64,000 bases of DNA from Epithemia pelagica (Eukaryota > Protista > Bacillariophyta): contig OX337230.1 in the NCBI GenBank assembly GCA_946965045.2, positions 1,054,001 to 1,118,000 of the forward strand. The letters are read 5' to 3'. Shown here one piece after another: positions 32,395-42,899 of this stretch. Each line of letters begins with the position of its first letter. The first letter of the stretch is position 1. The notes under the pieces were generated by a model. That model saw only the letters and a list, made by a program, of their open reading frames with translations. It was not told the DNA's origin and ran no database searches. A program made the translations under genes and the position numbers.

Positions 32395-35229
32395 ATGACT
32401 GTTACTACTGCCTTTGACGACGAGATGTTTTCCAACATGGAAGACACGGTTTCTCCTTCTGATTCTGGTGGTACTGAGGGCAACGGGACTGCCACCTTGG
32501 CTCAGTTTATCTCTCAGCCTTCCCAGCCCGAATCCCATTACGGTACGAACGATGATGATGATTTGTTGAGTCTTGATGGTGACCCTCCTTCTGTCGAAGA
32601 CTCTGGCCACGGTCGTCGTCGCACTCGTTCGAACAGTTCCGGAAGTCATGAGTCCCGTTCGTCTAAGAGTACGAAGCTGTCGAAGAAAGCGGTGAAACCT
32701 TCTCCGAATCCCGATCAGGATGATGAAGGTACTACCCCGGCGAACTACACCTCCAAGAAATCTTCCAAGTCTTCCAGCGCCTTGACCCAGAAGAAGATTT
32801 CGAAGAAGGATCTGGTTTCGTCTCCGAATCGCCAGCACCCCCAGCGCGGATCTTACGACAACGCCAAGACGCCGACTTCCCCGTCCCGTCCTTCAGATCT
32901 TTTCCGCCTCCCTATCCCGTTTTCTCAAGAACATCTTGATAAGATCGACTCCATGGTTCCAGTGGATTGGTCCGACGCCTTTGTTTCCCCTTTTCACCGC
33001 TCTTTGGACAAGTTCCCCAACTCGTGGACTGAGTTTTGTGAGAAGTTTGATACCGTCTCATCTGCTGAGAAACTCCAACGCTTTCTCACTTGCGACTTGG
33101 GCTCTACTCCCCTTGCCTTTTTGGGAGTTGATCGTCGCGGCAAGATTCGTATCATCCACAACTTGATCGTTGCTCGGAATACGGGTAACTTCGTCAATCC
33201 CGATCCGATCTTTCTCGGTCTCTCCCAGCATGATTTTGGATCTCCCCCCATTTGGATCGACCCTGAGGACGTGGATTCACTCCTTTTGACAGTTGAATAT
33301 TCCGATGTCCCTACAGCCCATGAGATCTTCAAGTTTTGTTGCATTGATGAGAATGCCTCGTCAGCATCCAAGTCCCGCGCCAAGAACGTTCTTCCTTCTT
33401 TCAAGCTCGACTTACTACGCTTTGGTAACCTCAAGAAACCGACGATGGATAAGGATGAAGCAGCGACTACCTTTTCTCTCAAAGGTTTGTTCCCACTCCA
33501 TCCTTCCATCTCAGGTTTATTGTTGGATCACTTTGGTTCCCAAGATTTTAGCTCTTCTCGCTGCACTGCACCCTTTCTGGCCTCTCTCATCTTCAAGTTT
33601 CTTAACGAGCGTTGGATGATTTCGACCCCTCAAGAGCTCCAGATGAAATGCACTTCATTTCCGATGTATCATGAGTTGATTAAGTGCAGCCACGATTTGT
33701 TCCGGTTCTTATGGTTTGCCCATCATATGCACTCCCGCACTGAACCGATTGCCATCGAAGTCCCACCTAACTGTACCGAAGCTTTGACAACCTTTGAAGC
33801 TTACACGACAAAATTGTTTCCTTCCTTGAAGGCATCAATTCCGAATAGTCCATCACAAGACCCTTTGCCACCGACCAACCCCAACGTCCCAGTTGCTCCC
33901 CCTGTTGGTCCACCTCCGAATTTTTCTCCTTTCCAGCAGCACAATTCGAGCAACGGAGTTTCAGCCGATACCATTTATATGACTGAGAAGTTGTCCGAGA
34001 ATTTTTCCGACGCGATCGCAAAGCATACCTCCAAGATTACCCGTGAGAAAGAAGACGAGAAGAAAGAAATCTTCAAACATACTACTCACCTCCGTAATGC
34101 GATTGTTTTCGGCCAAGTCGGACCTTCGACTGCCGAATTACCTTCTTCTCCGTCTGAGATTGCGACCGAACTGTTTCATCAAAAGAGTACGCACACCTTA
34201 TATTCGACGATTCATGCTCGAGTCTTCCGGAAGTCAGACAATGCGTGCTACATCCTTTTTGGTCAGTGTGGCGTATTGCAAAAGTTTGGTCTGCGTTGGC
34301 GAGGAAACGACCACCCAAGTGGTTTCTCGCCTTTCTCCTTTGACCCATACTGTTGCTCTGGTCCAGATTCCCACCTTGCTCTCGACCACGACATCCAGCA
34401 TGCAATCTATGAAAGCTCTCTGCGGAGTGACAACGGACTGTCGACGAAAGATATGAGAGACATCTTCGTCAATGAAAAGCTGTTTTGCCCACTTACCTGC
34501 GACGAATATCAAACTCAACTTCGTTCCTTCTACCTTTTTGCCTGTGCAATCTGGAACAACGAGTGTTTTGTTGCGTTGCAGCTCCACAAGATGGTAGAGC
34601 ACTTGCTTTCTAACCGATACATCTACCGGAGCAGTCAAGCCGTGGACCCGACGTTTTTATGCCGCGTCCTTTTCTCGATCGATTTCGCCATCCAACGCTT
34701 TATCGATACATACCTTGAGGATGCCAAGTGTGTCGAAGACATTCGCAGCGACCGTTTGGACTTCCACATAAACAAGTTATGCGACAAGATCGAATCAAAG
34801 GAAGACATCTGCAAGATGCTTCCAAAATTCATCGAGTCTGCTATCAGAGCCAAAGCAAGAGGACAAAATGAACCCCACAAGAACCCTTCGACGAATTCTT
34901 CCTCGAATCCACACAAACGCAAAGCCTCAGTTGATCCCAGTTCCCCTGCCCCAACGATTGTTCGCTTTGACTCCCCGTCTGATTGGTGCATCCCGCCTGA
35001 ACTCCAGTATTCTCGAGTTTTCTCACGTTCCGTCCTTGAGAAGATCCCTCATATGACAGCAGAAGGCGTCGACCGTCCATTTTGTAACAAGCTTTTCACC
35101 TTGAAATATTGTCGGAATGGTAACCAATGCCCTTTTAGCCATGCGGATCCTCGAGAGCATGGAAAGGGGGCAGCAATGTCTTCCTTTTACAAAAAAGCTT
35201 TTGCGGATGCGAAGAAGAGCAACACTTGA
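32395..35229 (+). CDS. ORF1, gag-like protein (944 aa) with a C-terminal CCCH-type zinc finger
   Basis: Disordered Ser-rich N-terminus and FCNKLFTLKYCRNGNQCPFSH near the C-terminus. It is first in the element's ORF order. Confidence 0.8.
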   Translation: MTVTTAFDDEMFSNMEDTVSPSDSGGTEGNGTATLAQFISQPSQPESHYGTNDDDDLLSLDGDPPSVEDSGHGRRRTRSNSSGSHESRSSKSTKLSKKAVKPSPNPDQDDEGTTPANYTSKKSSKSSSALTQKKISKKDLVSSPNRQHPQRGSYDNAKTPTSPSRPSDLFRLPIPFSQEHLDKIDSMVPVDWSDAFVSPFHRSLDKFPNSWTEFCEKFDTVSSAEKLQRFLTCDLGSTPLAFLGVDRRGKIRIIHNLIVARNTGNFVNPDPIFLGLSQHDFGSPPIWIDPEDVDSLLLTVEYSDVPTAHEIFKFCCIDENASSASKSRAKNVLPSFKLDLLRFGNLKKPTMDKDEAATTFSLKGLFPLHPSISGLLLDHFGSQDFSSSRCTAPFLASLIFKFLNERWMISTPQELQMKCTSFPMYHELIKCSHDLFRFLWFAHHMHSRTEPIAIEVPPNCTEALTTFEAYTTKLFPSLKASIPNSPSQDPLPPTNPNVPVAPPVGPPPNFSPFQQHNSSNGVSADTIYMTEKLSENFSDAIAKHTSKITREKEDEKKEIFKHTTHLRNAIVFGQVGPSTAELPSSPSEIATELFHQKSTHTLYSTIHARVFRKSDNACYILFGQCGVLQKFGLRWRGNDHPSGFSPFSFDPYCCSGPDSHLALDHDIQHAIYESSLRSDNGLSTKDMRDIFVNEKLFCPLTCDEYQTQLRSFYLFACAIWNNECFVALQLHKMVEHLLSNRYIYRSSQAVDPTFLCRVLFSIDFAIQRFIDTYLEDAKCVEDIRSDRLDFHINKLCDKIESKEDICKMLPKFIESAIRAKARGQNEPHKNPSTNSSSNPHKRKASVDPSSPAPTIVRFDSPSDWCIPPELQYSRVFSRSVLEKIPHMTAEGVDRPFCNKLFTLKYCRNGNQCPFSHADPREHGKGAAMSSFYKKAFADAKKSNT

Positions 35230-35241
35230 CAGTGTGTTGGG

Positions 35242-38200
35242 TTGATTGATGATTCGGGTAACAGCGTATCTCCTTCTTCTAGAAAAAACGGTTCCTCTTA
35301 CTTCTCATCTCTCTACCCTCCATCACCACCAATCGCACGAAGACAACCGATTACGATCCCTCCAGATCCAAGCAACATTCCTTTCCAAGTTCCACGAGCT
35401 CCGACTCCGTTGATTCCCCAAGTCTTTTCTGATGAACGCCGAATCTCCTCCGCTGATGTCAAAGAAAAGATCTTACGATCGCCGCCAGCCCTATCTGAAC
35501 CGACTGTCCGTTTCCAGAAAAGTTTCAAGACCAAAATTTTTGATCGACATAAGCCCGCCTCGACAGTTGCGAATTCTAATTCCCCCAAGACTGATTGCAC
35601 GACCCAACCGATACTACGTCCCCCCAAGGATGAATCTCGGAGTTCCCTCTCCTTGGCTCTGCCTTCAAACCACTCTCCCGTACCAGCCACCGCAGAATTT
35701 ATTCGGAACATCGAAGAAGCTTCTATTCGGAACCACGAGCAAGGCGATGTTCTATTGACCCCCAAGCCTAACCAACAAATTCCTTTTGGTAAACCGCGAT
35801 CGTTTGGCTCTCCGTCTCCTATCATCTCGTCTGATTTGACTGGAAGATCCCTCCAGCGGAATCTTTCCCGACTCGAATCTGAGATCGAACTTGGAGAATC
35901 CATGTTAGGTGAGTCTAACCCTGTTTGCCCCCAAGACCAATCTACCAACAACCACAACAACCACTCCCTTGTTGACTTTCAAGGAGACAACCACTATCTA
36001 CCAAATGACCCATCGCTAATCTTTACGAATAAGATACGGCGCCCACCACTAGCTACACCAACCCACACCCACAAGATTGACACCATCTTGGCCATCAGCA
36101 GGGAAGTTGTCCCAGCACCACTCCCTTCGCCATTCCAACACCAAACATCTTTCGAAGCAGCAAAGTTCAATTCGGAATTGATTGAACGATTTGACTTCGA
36201 CCTCCAGAAACTGTTTGATGCACACCCAGGCACAACAATTAGTCCAGGATCCGAATTCCGACCCGTGAGCTCGATCGCCAGGCTCCTTTGTCACCACCCC
36301 TTTTGGGATCGCATCCAAGACACATTACGAAACGGTGCGAGTTACGATTTCAAACCACTACCACCAGATATAAATCGTCAGTTTGAGAACGACGCGATTC
36401 TCGCATACGGTAACCACGCTTCAGCCCGAAAACGTCCTGAAGCATTGATCAAAGTTTGTAAGAAGGATACAAAATTTGGCTACTCCTTTCCCATTTCCTT
36501 CGACTGCGCTCGCCAGATCCAACAAGGCAGAGCCGGACCACTCGGTGTTGCTCAACACGCAGGTATTGATGAGCATGGCAACATTGTGATCAAAGACCGC
36601 TTAGCCCATGATCAGTCTTTCTCCCTCGGCTTTGCACCATCTCTAAATGACTTAGTCGACGAATCTGAGTTGATTGATTTGGTATTTGGGTGGTGTCTCG
36701 ATCGGATCATCCACCAGATTGTCGCGTTGAGACAGAAATTCCCGGACAAGCGTATCCTTGTCTGCAAGTTCGACTGGGGTTCTGCATACCGTCGCATCAA
36801 CGGCGACGGTATCCTTGTAGCCAATACCATCACGACCGACGTTAGTGGCGAGTTTGCAAATCTCCTTACTCGTCTAACCTTTGGCGGCCGCCCACATCCG
36901 GCGATGTTCAGCGTTTTTTCGGAGGCAGCCTGCGACCTCTGCAACGATGTTGCAGATTTGGACGAGTGGGACACCTCCGTTTGTCGCTCACCGCTTCAAG
37001 ACTTGATGGGTGAAACCAAACGTCTCGATGACTCCGTTCCGTTTCACGCCGGCCAACCGATGGCGGTAGATGTTGAGCCAAGACCCCAAGGATACCACGA
37101 TGTGTATATTGACGACATGATACAATTATTTGTCGATTGTCGAGAGTACACCGAACGCGCACCAGGCATCGTGCCACTAGTCCTTCACCTCCTCGTCAGA
37201 CCATCCTCACCAAACGAGCCGATTGATCGTAACGACATTTTGGCCGAAGACAAAATGAAAGCGGAAGGAGCCCCATCGGAGGAGATGCGCGTCCTCGGTT
37301 GGCACATCGACACTCGTAGATTGTTAATGAGGCTGCCGTTCGACAAATTTACATGCTGGTCTCGCGAAGTCGAAGCGTGGATTGACCCGAAGAGAGTTTA
37401 CGTCACTTTCAAGGAACTCGAGTCGATGTTGGGGAAGATGATTCATGCCTGCAAAGGCATCCCCCTGGCTCTTTATCACACGAAACGAACACAAGAGCTC
37501 AAAGAGCACATTCTCAAAAAGCACCGCGCGAAATCAGGCCAATCACAACGTCAAAACAAAGAAACTCGCAACACACCATCAGCTCTGAACCAAGACCGCC
37601 CGAAACCTTGGTTCAGATACAAGATCCCAAAAGCAATCAAACAAGACCTCCGGATTTGGTCCAAACTGTTAGCCAAAGCGCACAAAGGAGTTAGTTTGAA
37701 CCTTTTGACATGTCGCCGCCCGACGAACGTCGTCCTTGCGGACTCTTGCCCGTACGGAATGGGCGGATTCTCTGTACGTACCGGCAAAGCATGGCATGTT
37801 CCCCTAGATCCTGAGATCTACGCACTTGCAGCCAACCCATCAGAGATGGAACGCGACGAACTAGGCCAAGACCCAGACTTAAAACTCTCAAACAACCTTT
37901 TCGAGTTTGTCTGTCAGGTCGTCACGATCTGGGTTGATTGTTGCGACGGTGCCATCACCTCTGAATCATGTGTCCTCGGGTTATCGGACAGTAGCTCAGC
38001 GACGGGATGGATGCACAAGTCATCCTTTGGGTCAAACAAGCCAAACCACCAACGGGTCTCAGAGAAACTGACAGAGTTAGTGTTAGAGCACGACTTTCTC
38101 CTTCACCCAGAGCACATTCCAGGAAAAACAAACGTGGTTACTGACCTTCTATCTCGAACCTTTGATTGTTGTGACGAAACTCTCACCCAGCGTATCCACG

Positions 38201-38610
38201 ATTTGTATCCTTCACAGATTCCCAAGAACTTCCGGATTTGCCCCCTACCCAGCGAAGTGCAGTCATGGATCTCATCCGTCGCACCGCTGCTGCGAGAATT
38301 TTCTTTGGACGCGTCGAATCGTCCAACGAAGCCATTGACAGGACGTGGCGTCGATGGCTCCAACACCTCGACCTCTTCTGTCTCCGCGACGACCCCTTTT
38401 TGGACGGCATCAAGACCGTTCGAACGCGATCGCAGATCGTCGGCACCTTCTTGCAACGACTCCGAGATGGAGCTTTCACAAGAGGGGCTAAGGAGCCTCT
38501 TCGAGCATCAACTCTCGAAAAGGCCCTTAGCGACGTGGCATCGCGCTTCCGGTATAACGACCGGCCGAGCCCCTGCCACGTCCCGGGATGCAACCGGTAT
38601 CACCCCATAA
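35242..38610 (+). CDS. ORF2, reverse transcriptase + RNase H
   Basis: RT CKFDWGSAYRRI, RLTFGGRPHP, HDVYIDDM, VLGWHID; RNase H LADSCPYGMGG, NLFEFVCQ, LSDSSSA, HIPGKTNVVTDLLSR. The track start is TTG; the first ATG is at 35902. Confidence 0.92.
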   Translation: MIDDSGNSVSPSSRKNGSSYFSSLYPPSPPIARRQPITIPPDPSNIPFQVPRAPTPLIPQVFSDERRISSADVKEKILRSPPALSEPTVRFQKSFKTKIFDRHKPASTVANSNSPKTDCTTQPILRPPKDESRSSLSLALPSNHSPVPATAEFIRNIEEASIRNHEQGDVLLTPKPNQQIPFGKPRSFGSPSPIISSDLTGRSLQRNLSRLESEIELGESMLGESNPVCPQDQSTNNHNNHSLVDFQGDNHYLPNDPSLIFTNKIRRPPLATPTHTHKIDTILAISREVVPAPLPSPFQHQTSFEAAKFNSELIERFDFDLQKLFDAHPGTTISPGSEFRPVSSIARLLCHHPFWDRIQDTLRNGASYDFKPLPPDINRQFENDAILAYGNHASARKRPEALIKVCKKDTKFGYSFPISFDCARQIQQGRAGPLGVAQHAGIDEHGNIVIKDRLAHDQSFSLGFAPSLNDLVDESELIDLVFGWCLDRIIHQIVALRQKFPDKRILVCKFDWGSAYRRINGDGILVANTITTDVSGEFANLLTRLTFGGRPHPAMFSVFSEAACDLCNDVADLDEWDTSVCRSPLQDLMGETKRLDDSVPFHAGQPMAVDVEPRPQGYHDVYIDDMIQLFVDCREYTERAPGIVPLVLHLLVRPSSPNEPIDRNDILAEDKMKAEGAPSEEMRVLGWHIDTRRLLMRLPFDKFTCWSREVEAWIDPKRVYVTFKELESMLGKMIHACKGIPLALYHTKRTQELKEHILKKHRAKSGQSQRQNKETRNTPSALNQDRPKPWFRYKIPKAIKQDLRIWSKLLAKAHKGVSLNLLTCRRPTNVVLADSCPYGMGGFSVRTGKAWHVPLDPEIYALAANPSEMERDELGQDPDLKLSNNLFEFVCQVVTIWVDCCDGAITSESCVLGLSDSSSATGWMHKSSFGSNKPNHQRVSEKLTELVLEHDFLLHPEHIPGKTNVVTDLLSRTFDCCDETLTQRIHDLYPSQIPKNFRICPLPSEVQSWISSVAPLLREFSLDASNRPTKPLTGRGVDGSNTSTSSVSATTPFWTASRPFERDRRSSAPSCNDSEMELSQEGLRSLFEHQLSKRPLATWHRASGITTGRAPATSRDATGITP

Positions 38611-39575
38611 TCGAGTCGTTGAAGAAAGCATGGTCTCAGATAGACCCCGAAGAAAAACGACAAAAAGCAATTACACCTCGACACCTTCGCTTCATGTGGG
38701 AGTTTGCGACAAGGACCCATGGCGACATCGACCTCTCCACATTCGAGGCCTGCATCGCCGACTTAGCCCTCGCCGGATACTTCTTTGCAATGCGGAGTTG
38801 CGAGTACTCCACAGTAAAGCAGCGTGGCAAAACAAAGTTGCTGACGATTGGTAACATTTGCTTCAAACGCAACGACGAGTTGCGTTCCAAGATCAAACCG
38901 ACCGACCCCGACTTCAACGAAAAAGCTTTCTTCGTTTCCATCACATTCACTCAACAAAAATCAGACAAGAAATACGAAACAAGAACCCAAAGCCGAACTC
39001 ACGACCCTGTCCTGTGCCCCGTTCGACTTTGGGGACGCATTGTCCGCCGCATCCTCCATTATATGCCGGATGCGCCCCCAACAACGCCGGTTAATTGTTG
39101 GTTCGACCCACAACAACTGTCGACAAACACGCAACCAAAACCGAGATACATCCGCGCGGAAGACACCATAAAACTCCTTCGCTCCTCTTGTACAACAGGT
39201 GGTGGCCAAGCGATGTTCGGGTACCGACCGATGGAAATTGGCACCCATTCCCTCCGCTCAGGAGCAGCCATGGCGCTCTTTCTCGCTCACACCTCGGTCT
39301 TGAAAATCATGATCCTTGGCCGATGGTCGTCAGCAGCCTTTCTCCGGTACATCCGTCCACAGGTGATGGAATGGACGGCCGGAATGTCAACAGCCATGCT
39401 AACAAATCCAGACTTTCGCCACGTCGACCCGGCCAACCAAACAACAATGGATCAAGGTGACATCGACGCTATCCAATCCAACATCGAAGCAGCAATCGAG
39501 TCTCCTGAGGAAATCAAGTTCAATGGCTCCGTAGCATTCGAAACCTTTTCGACGCAGTTGAATCTGGAGTTTTGA
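38238..39575 (+). CDS. ORF3, tyrosine recombinase (445 aa), overlapping ORF2 by 373 nt
   Basis: The catalytic set is present: R (FFAMRSCEY), K (QKSDK), HxxR (GTHSLRSG), W (LGRW), Y (FLRYIR). Confidence 0.94.
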   Translation: MPPTQRSAVMDLIRRTAAARIFFGRVESSNEAIDRTWRRWLQHLDLFCLRDDPFLDGIKTVRTRSQIVGTFLQRLRDGAFTRGAKEPLRASTLEKALSDVASRFRYNDRPSPCHVPGCNRYHPIIESLKKAWSQIDPEEKRQKAITPRHLRFMWEFATRTHGDIDLSTFEACIADLALAGYFFAMRSCEYSTVKQRGKTKLLTIGNICFKRNDELRSKIKPTDPDFNEKAFFVSITFTQQKSDKKYETRTQSRTHDPVLCPVRLWGRIVRRILHYMPDAPPTTPVNCWFDPQQLSTNTQPKPRYIRAEDTIKLLRSSCTTGGGQAMFGYRPMEIGTHSLRSGAAMALFLAHTSVLKIMILGRWSSAAFLRYIRPQVMEWTAGMSTAMLTNPDFRHVDPANQTTMDQGDIDAIQSNIEAAIESPEEIKFNGSVAFETFSTQLNLEF

Positions 39576-41229
39576 GAACAAGATCCAAATGAGTCTGACA
39601 CTTCCGAGACGCATTCTTCTTCAATGGTGGTGGGAGCCATCTTGGTTCCTTCTGGGCCTTTCGGCAAACGTGTGTGTCTACATCCTAGCACTCTCTCCTA
39701 CTAGCTACTGTGACGACCTCGCGACAACACAGACCGCTCCAACCTGCAGGATGTGTTCGCTGGGTCGATCCCCGCGTTTCTATTTGTCATGTACATTACT
39801 ATATTAGGACTGGATACCAGCAATGGACAGACGTATAGCCCCTCTTCTTGTCCAGTTAGAGCGCCAAAGGAAAAGTCCCACAACTCTACCCCAGCTACGC
39901 ATACGAGCACCTTCACAACGGTTTGTCAATCTAGACGAGCCCCAGTTTTATCACAATGACTATTCCAAACAATTCATCCTAAAGATATAGGCACATTGCT
40001 TGCACATGTAGAGTGGGGAACTCTGGTTTACCAATCTTATGTCCCCGTACTGCGCATCCGACTTTGAGTGTTCCTACTTTTCATAATTCAAAACTTATTT
40101 GATAAATGAGGAGGCGCTAATAGCACAACAATCAACCCGCCTCGTCTACGAGCTCGTATGCATATGAACAGCTACAAGTAGAGAGCATCTACCTAGCTTT
40201 GTGCATGCTTGTATGTGTAGTAGGTTGTAGGCAATCGTTTCGTCTGCGTTCGTCGTTCATCCCATCCTGTCTTTTGCCTGCATGAATAGTTGGTTGTCGC
40301 GTTAGGGTTTTTGCATCCGGTAGGCGAGGTAAGACCATTTGGGTTGCTCTACCTATCACTGTGTTCATGACAGAGGACGGTGCTCTGTTGCTGTGCCGTC
40401 GTCGCCGATTGTTTTGCCGTTTGGCCGAAACGAGCAGTTCATTGTCGCCGCATGTCGTTGTCCCTGGTTCGGTGACAGCGAGTAGTTGATTGTTGCATGT
40501 GGCTTGTGTTGCGCCACGTGTTTTGGTCACTTGTCGTTGGCGTTGTCATCGCTTGCCATTGTTGCCGTCGCTTATCTGATCATCTTGTTCTTTGTCAGAG
40601 GAAAGATCTTGCTGTACGTTTGATGGTGGAGAGCTCTCCAAGTTTTTTTTCAGTCGACAACAACCAGAAGATGAATTGTGAGTGCTTTGGATCTTGATGT
40701 ATTTTTGCCAAGTGCGGACAACAACCGATAGATAACAAATATGTGGGCACACGCGAAGTCATACGTCAACAAGCAAGTTTCTCTGCAGTCATCATTGATC
40801 TCATTTGGAGTTTGGAGACATTACCCAAGACGTTCCACGAGGCCTGAAAAGATGCTCTCTTATCGGTCGGGCAAAGATGGCCTACATCTTGCGTAATGTT
40901 GGCTGATTATGACACGGTGTAATTGGGTCTGTATCGTTGACCGCATAGTATAGTTTTCTAGCTAGAAAGAGACTTCATCTGAGACGAAGGCTGTTGTCCT
41001 CGTTTCCACATCTTGTGTGGGGTATTGGTGTTTCATAATTATTATTGTGTAGCGTTTTGTTCTTGCTGGTAGGGAGTGTGATGAAAGAAGTCAATGGAAC
41101 ATGGAACACCAAACCATTCACACTTTGACCTATTACGCAAGACTGCGCTCTGTTGGCTGGAAACTTGATGCTACTCTACGAGTATACATGTACTCGTGTT
41201 ATGATATGCGTGCAAAAGCGCGACCTCTA

Positions 41230-42899
41230 CGAGCTCCATCAATCGATATGGGTAACCGTAGTGGCCCGTGCTTCACGTTTCCGATACTCGGTTGAACTTC
41301 CGGCCCTACGAGATTCACTACACCATACATTTTCCTAAAGTAAAATGAATTGCCCTCATGCTCTTGCACATTTTGTTGCGAGATTCTTCTCACCAACTGC
41401 ACCTACACCATCACCATGGTGAGGCGGCGCTAGCACAATAATCAACCCGCCTCCTCTACGAGTATGCATATAAACAGCTACAAGTACAGAACATCTATCT
41501 AGCTTAGTACATGCTTCTCTGTGTCGTAGGTCGTACAATAGGCAATCGTTTCGGTGTTGAGTATGGTGCTGTTGCCGTGCCGTGGTCGCCGAATGTTTTG
41601 CCGTTTGGCCGAAACGAGCAGTTGATTGTTGAGTATGTCATTGTCGTCGGATGTCGCTGTCGTCGCTTGTCGTTGTCGCCGCTTGTCGTTGTTGAAGGGC
41701 ACAGTCTCGGGCAGAGGGTTCGGTGACAGCGAATAGTTGATTGTTGCGTGGGGGTTGTTGTTGTTGTTGTTGTTGTTGTTGCCGAGTGTTGTTTTTGTTG
41801 TTGTTTGTTCATTCGTTCGTTCGTTCGATCAGTGGCGGTGAGTAGTTGATTGTTGTGTTTGGATTTTTGTTGTCGCCGAGTGTTGTTGTTGTCGTTCATT
41901 CGTTCTTTCGTTCGTTCGTTCGTTCGTTCATTCGATCGATCAGCTGTGACATCGTCGCCGATTGTTTCGCCATTTGTAGTTGAGCCGCTTGTGGTTGTCG
42001 TTGTCGTCGCTTGTTACCACCAGCGGACGAGGCTTCGATTTGTTGGGTGAGGGCAACGAAAAGACGAGGAGTTGATTGTTTCGTCGCACGGTAGAAGAAG
42101 GAGGACGACCACACCATCTTGTCGCCGAGTCTTGCCGCCGAGTGTCGTTGTCGAGTGTTGTTGCCGAGTGTTGTTGTTGTTCGTTCGGTGGCAGCGAGGA
42201 GTGAGTAGTTGATTGTTGTGTTTGGGTTTTGGGTTGTTGTTGTTGTTGTTGTTGTTGCCGAGTGTTGTCGACTCGCAAGGCTCTTCGACCACCGCCCATC
42301 AGCTTCACGGCATCCCCTCCTTCTTCCACTCAAATTGTGCTGTGGGAATCAGCCGCACCACCGGCACCACCATCGTCTGTCGCAGTAGAAGCAGTCCTTC
42401 CACCCACGGTTCACGTTTGTTTTGTCTGGACAAATCAGCTTTTGTTGCGTTTGAGCCACCAACGGTCGAGGCTTTCCAATGTTGTGCTCGGTCTATTAAG
42501 TAACGAGGAGTTGATTGCTGCATGCGGACGTATGATCGGTGACTTGCTGGATGCATTCTATCGGTTGTCGTCGTCTTCTTCTCAAGGTCACTTCCTCTGT
42601 TTCGGATGCCAAATAAGGAAGACTTCAAAACCTTGCCGTAGGTCCATAAAAAAAGCCAACTCATCCCTGCCCGCCCATTCCCTCACGGTACACTTGATTC
42701 TTAGGCATCCTTGATGGTCGCAAGAGAGCTGGCACCTTTCGTTGGAGGTGCACACCGGCTTGAGTGTGCCATGGTGGTGTTACGCAGTGCAAAATGACCG
42801 TAGTGGTGTCCCTACGAAGTTAGAATCACTGTAGAAAAAACAGTAGGGGTATGAAAAGCACGGGCCACTACGGTTACCCATATCGATTGGTGGAGCTCG
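41230..42899. mobile_element. Non-autonomous TIR DNA transposon (Tc1/mariner-like by its TA flanks), 1670 bp, with GTT/TTCG microsatellite-rich interior
   Basis: 44-bp TIRs at 41230-41273 and 42856-42899 are 43/44 identical, flanked by TA at 41228-41229 and 42900-42901. No intact transposase. Confidence 0.82.

Larger units (their letters stand above)
32201..39776 (+). mobile_element. Tyrosine-recombinase retrotransposon (Ngaro-like DIRS-class), unique body; it may extend to 30828-40961 if the Y/Z repeats belong to it
   Basis: ORF order is gag-like, RT-RNase H, overlapping YR. No methyltransferase domain is seen after RNase H, which favours Ngaro over DIRS1-like. No DDE integrase or protease. 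Confidence 0.9.

Noticed and set aside
41499-42333. Poly-Gln/Thr/Asn ORFs
   Set aside because: They arise from GTT/TTCG microsatellites inside the TIR element.
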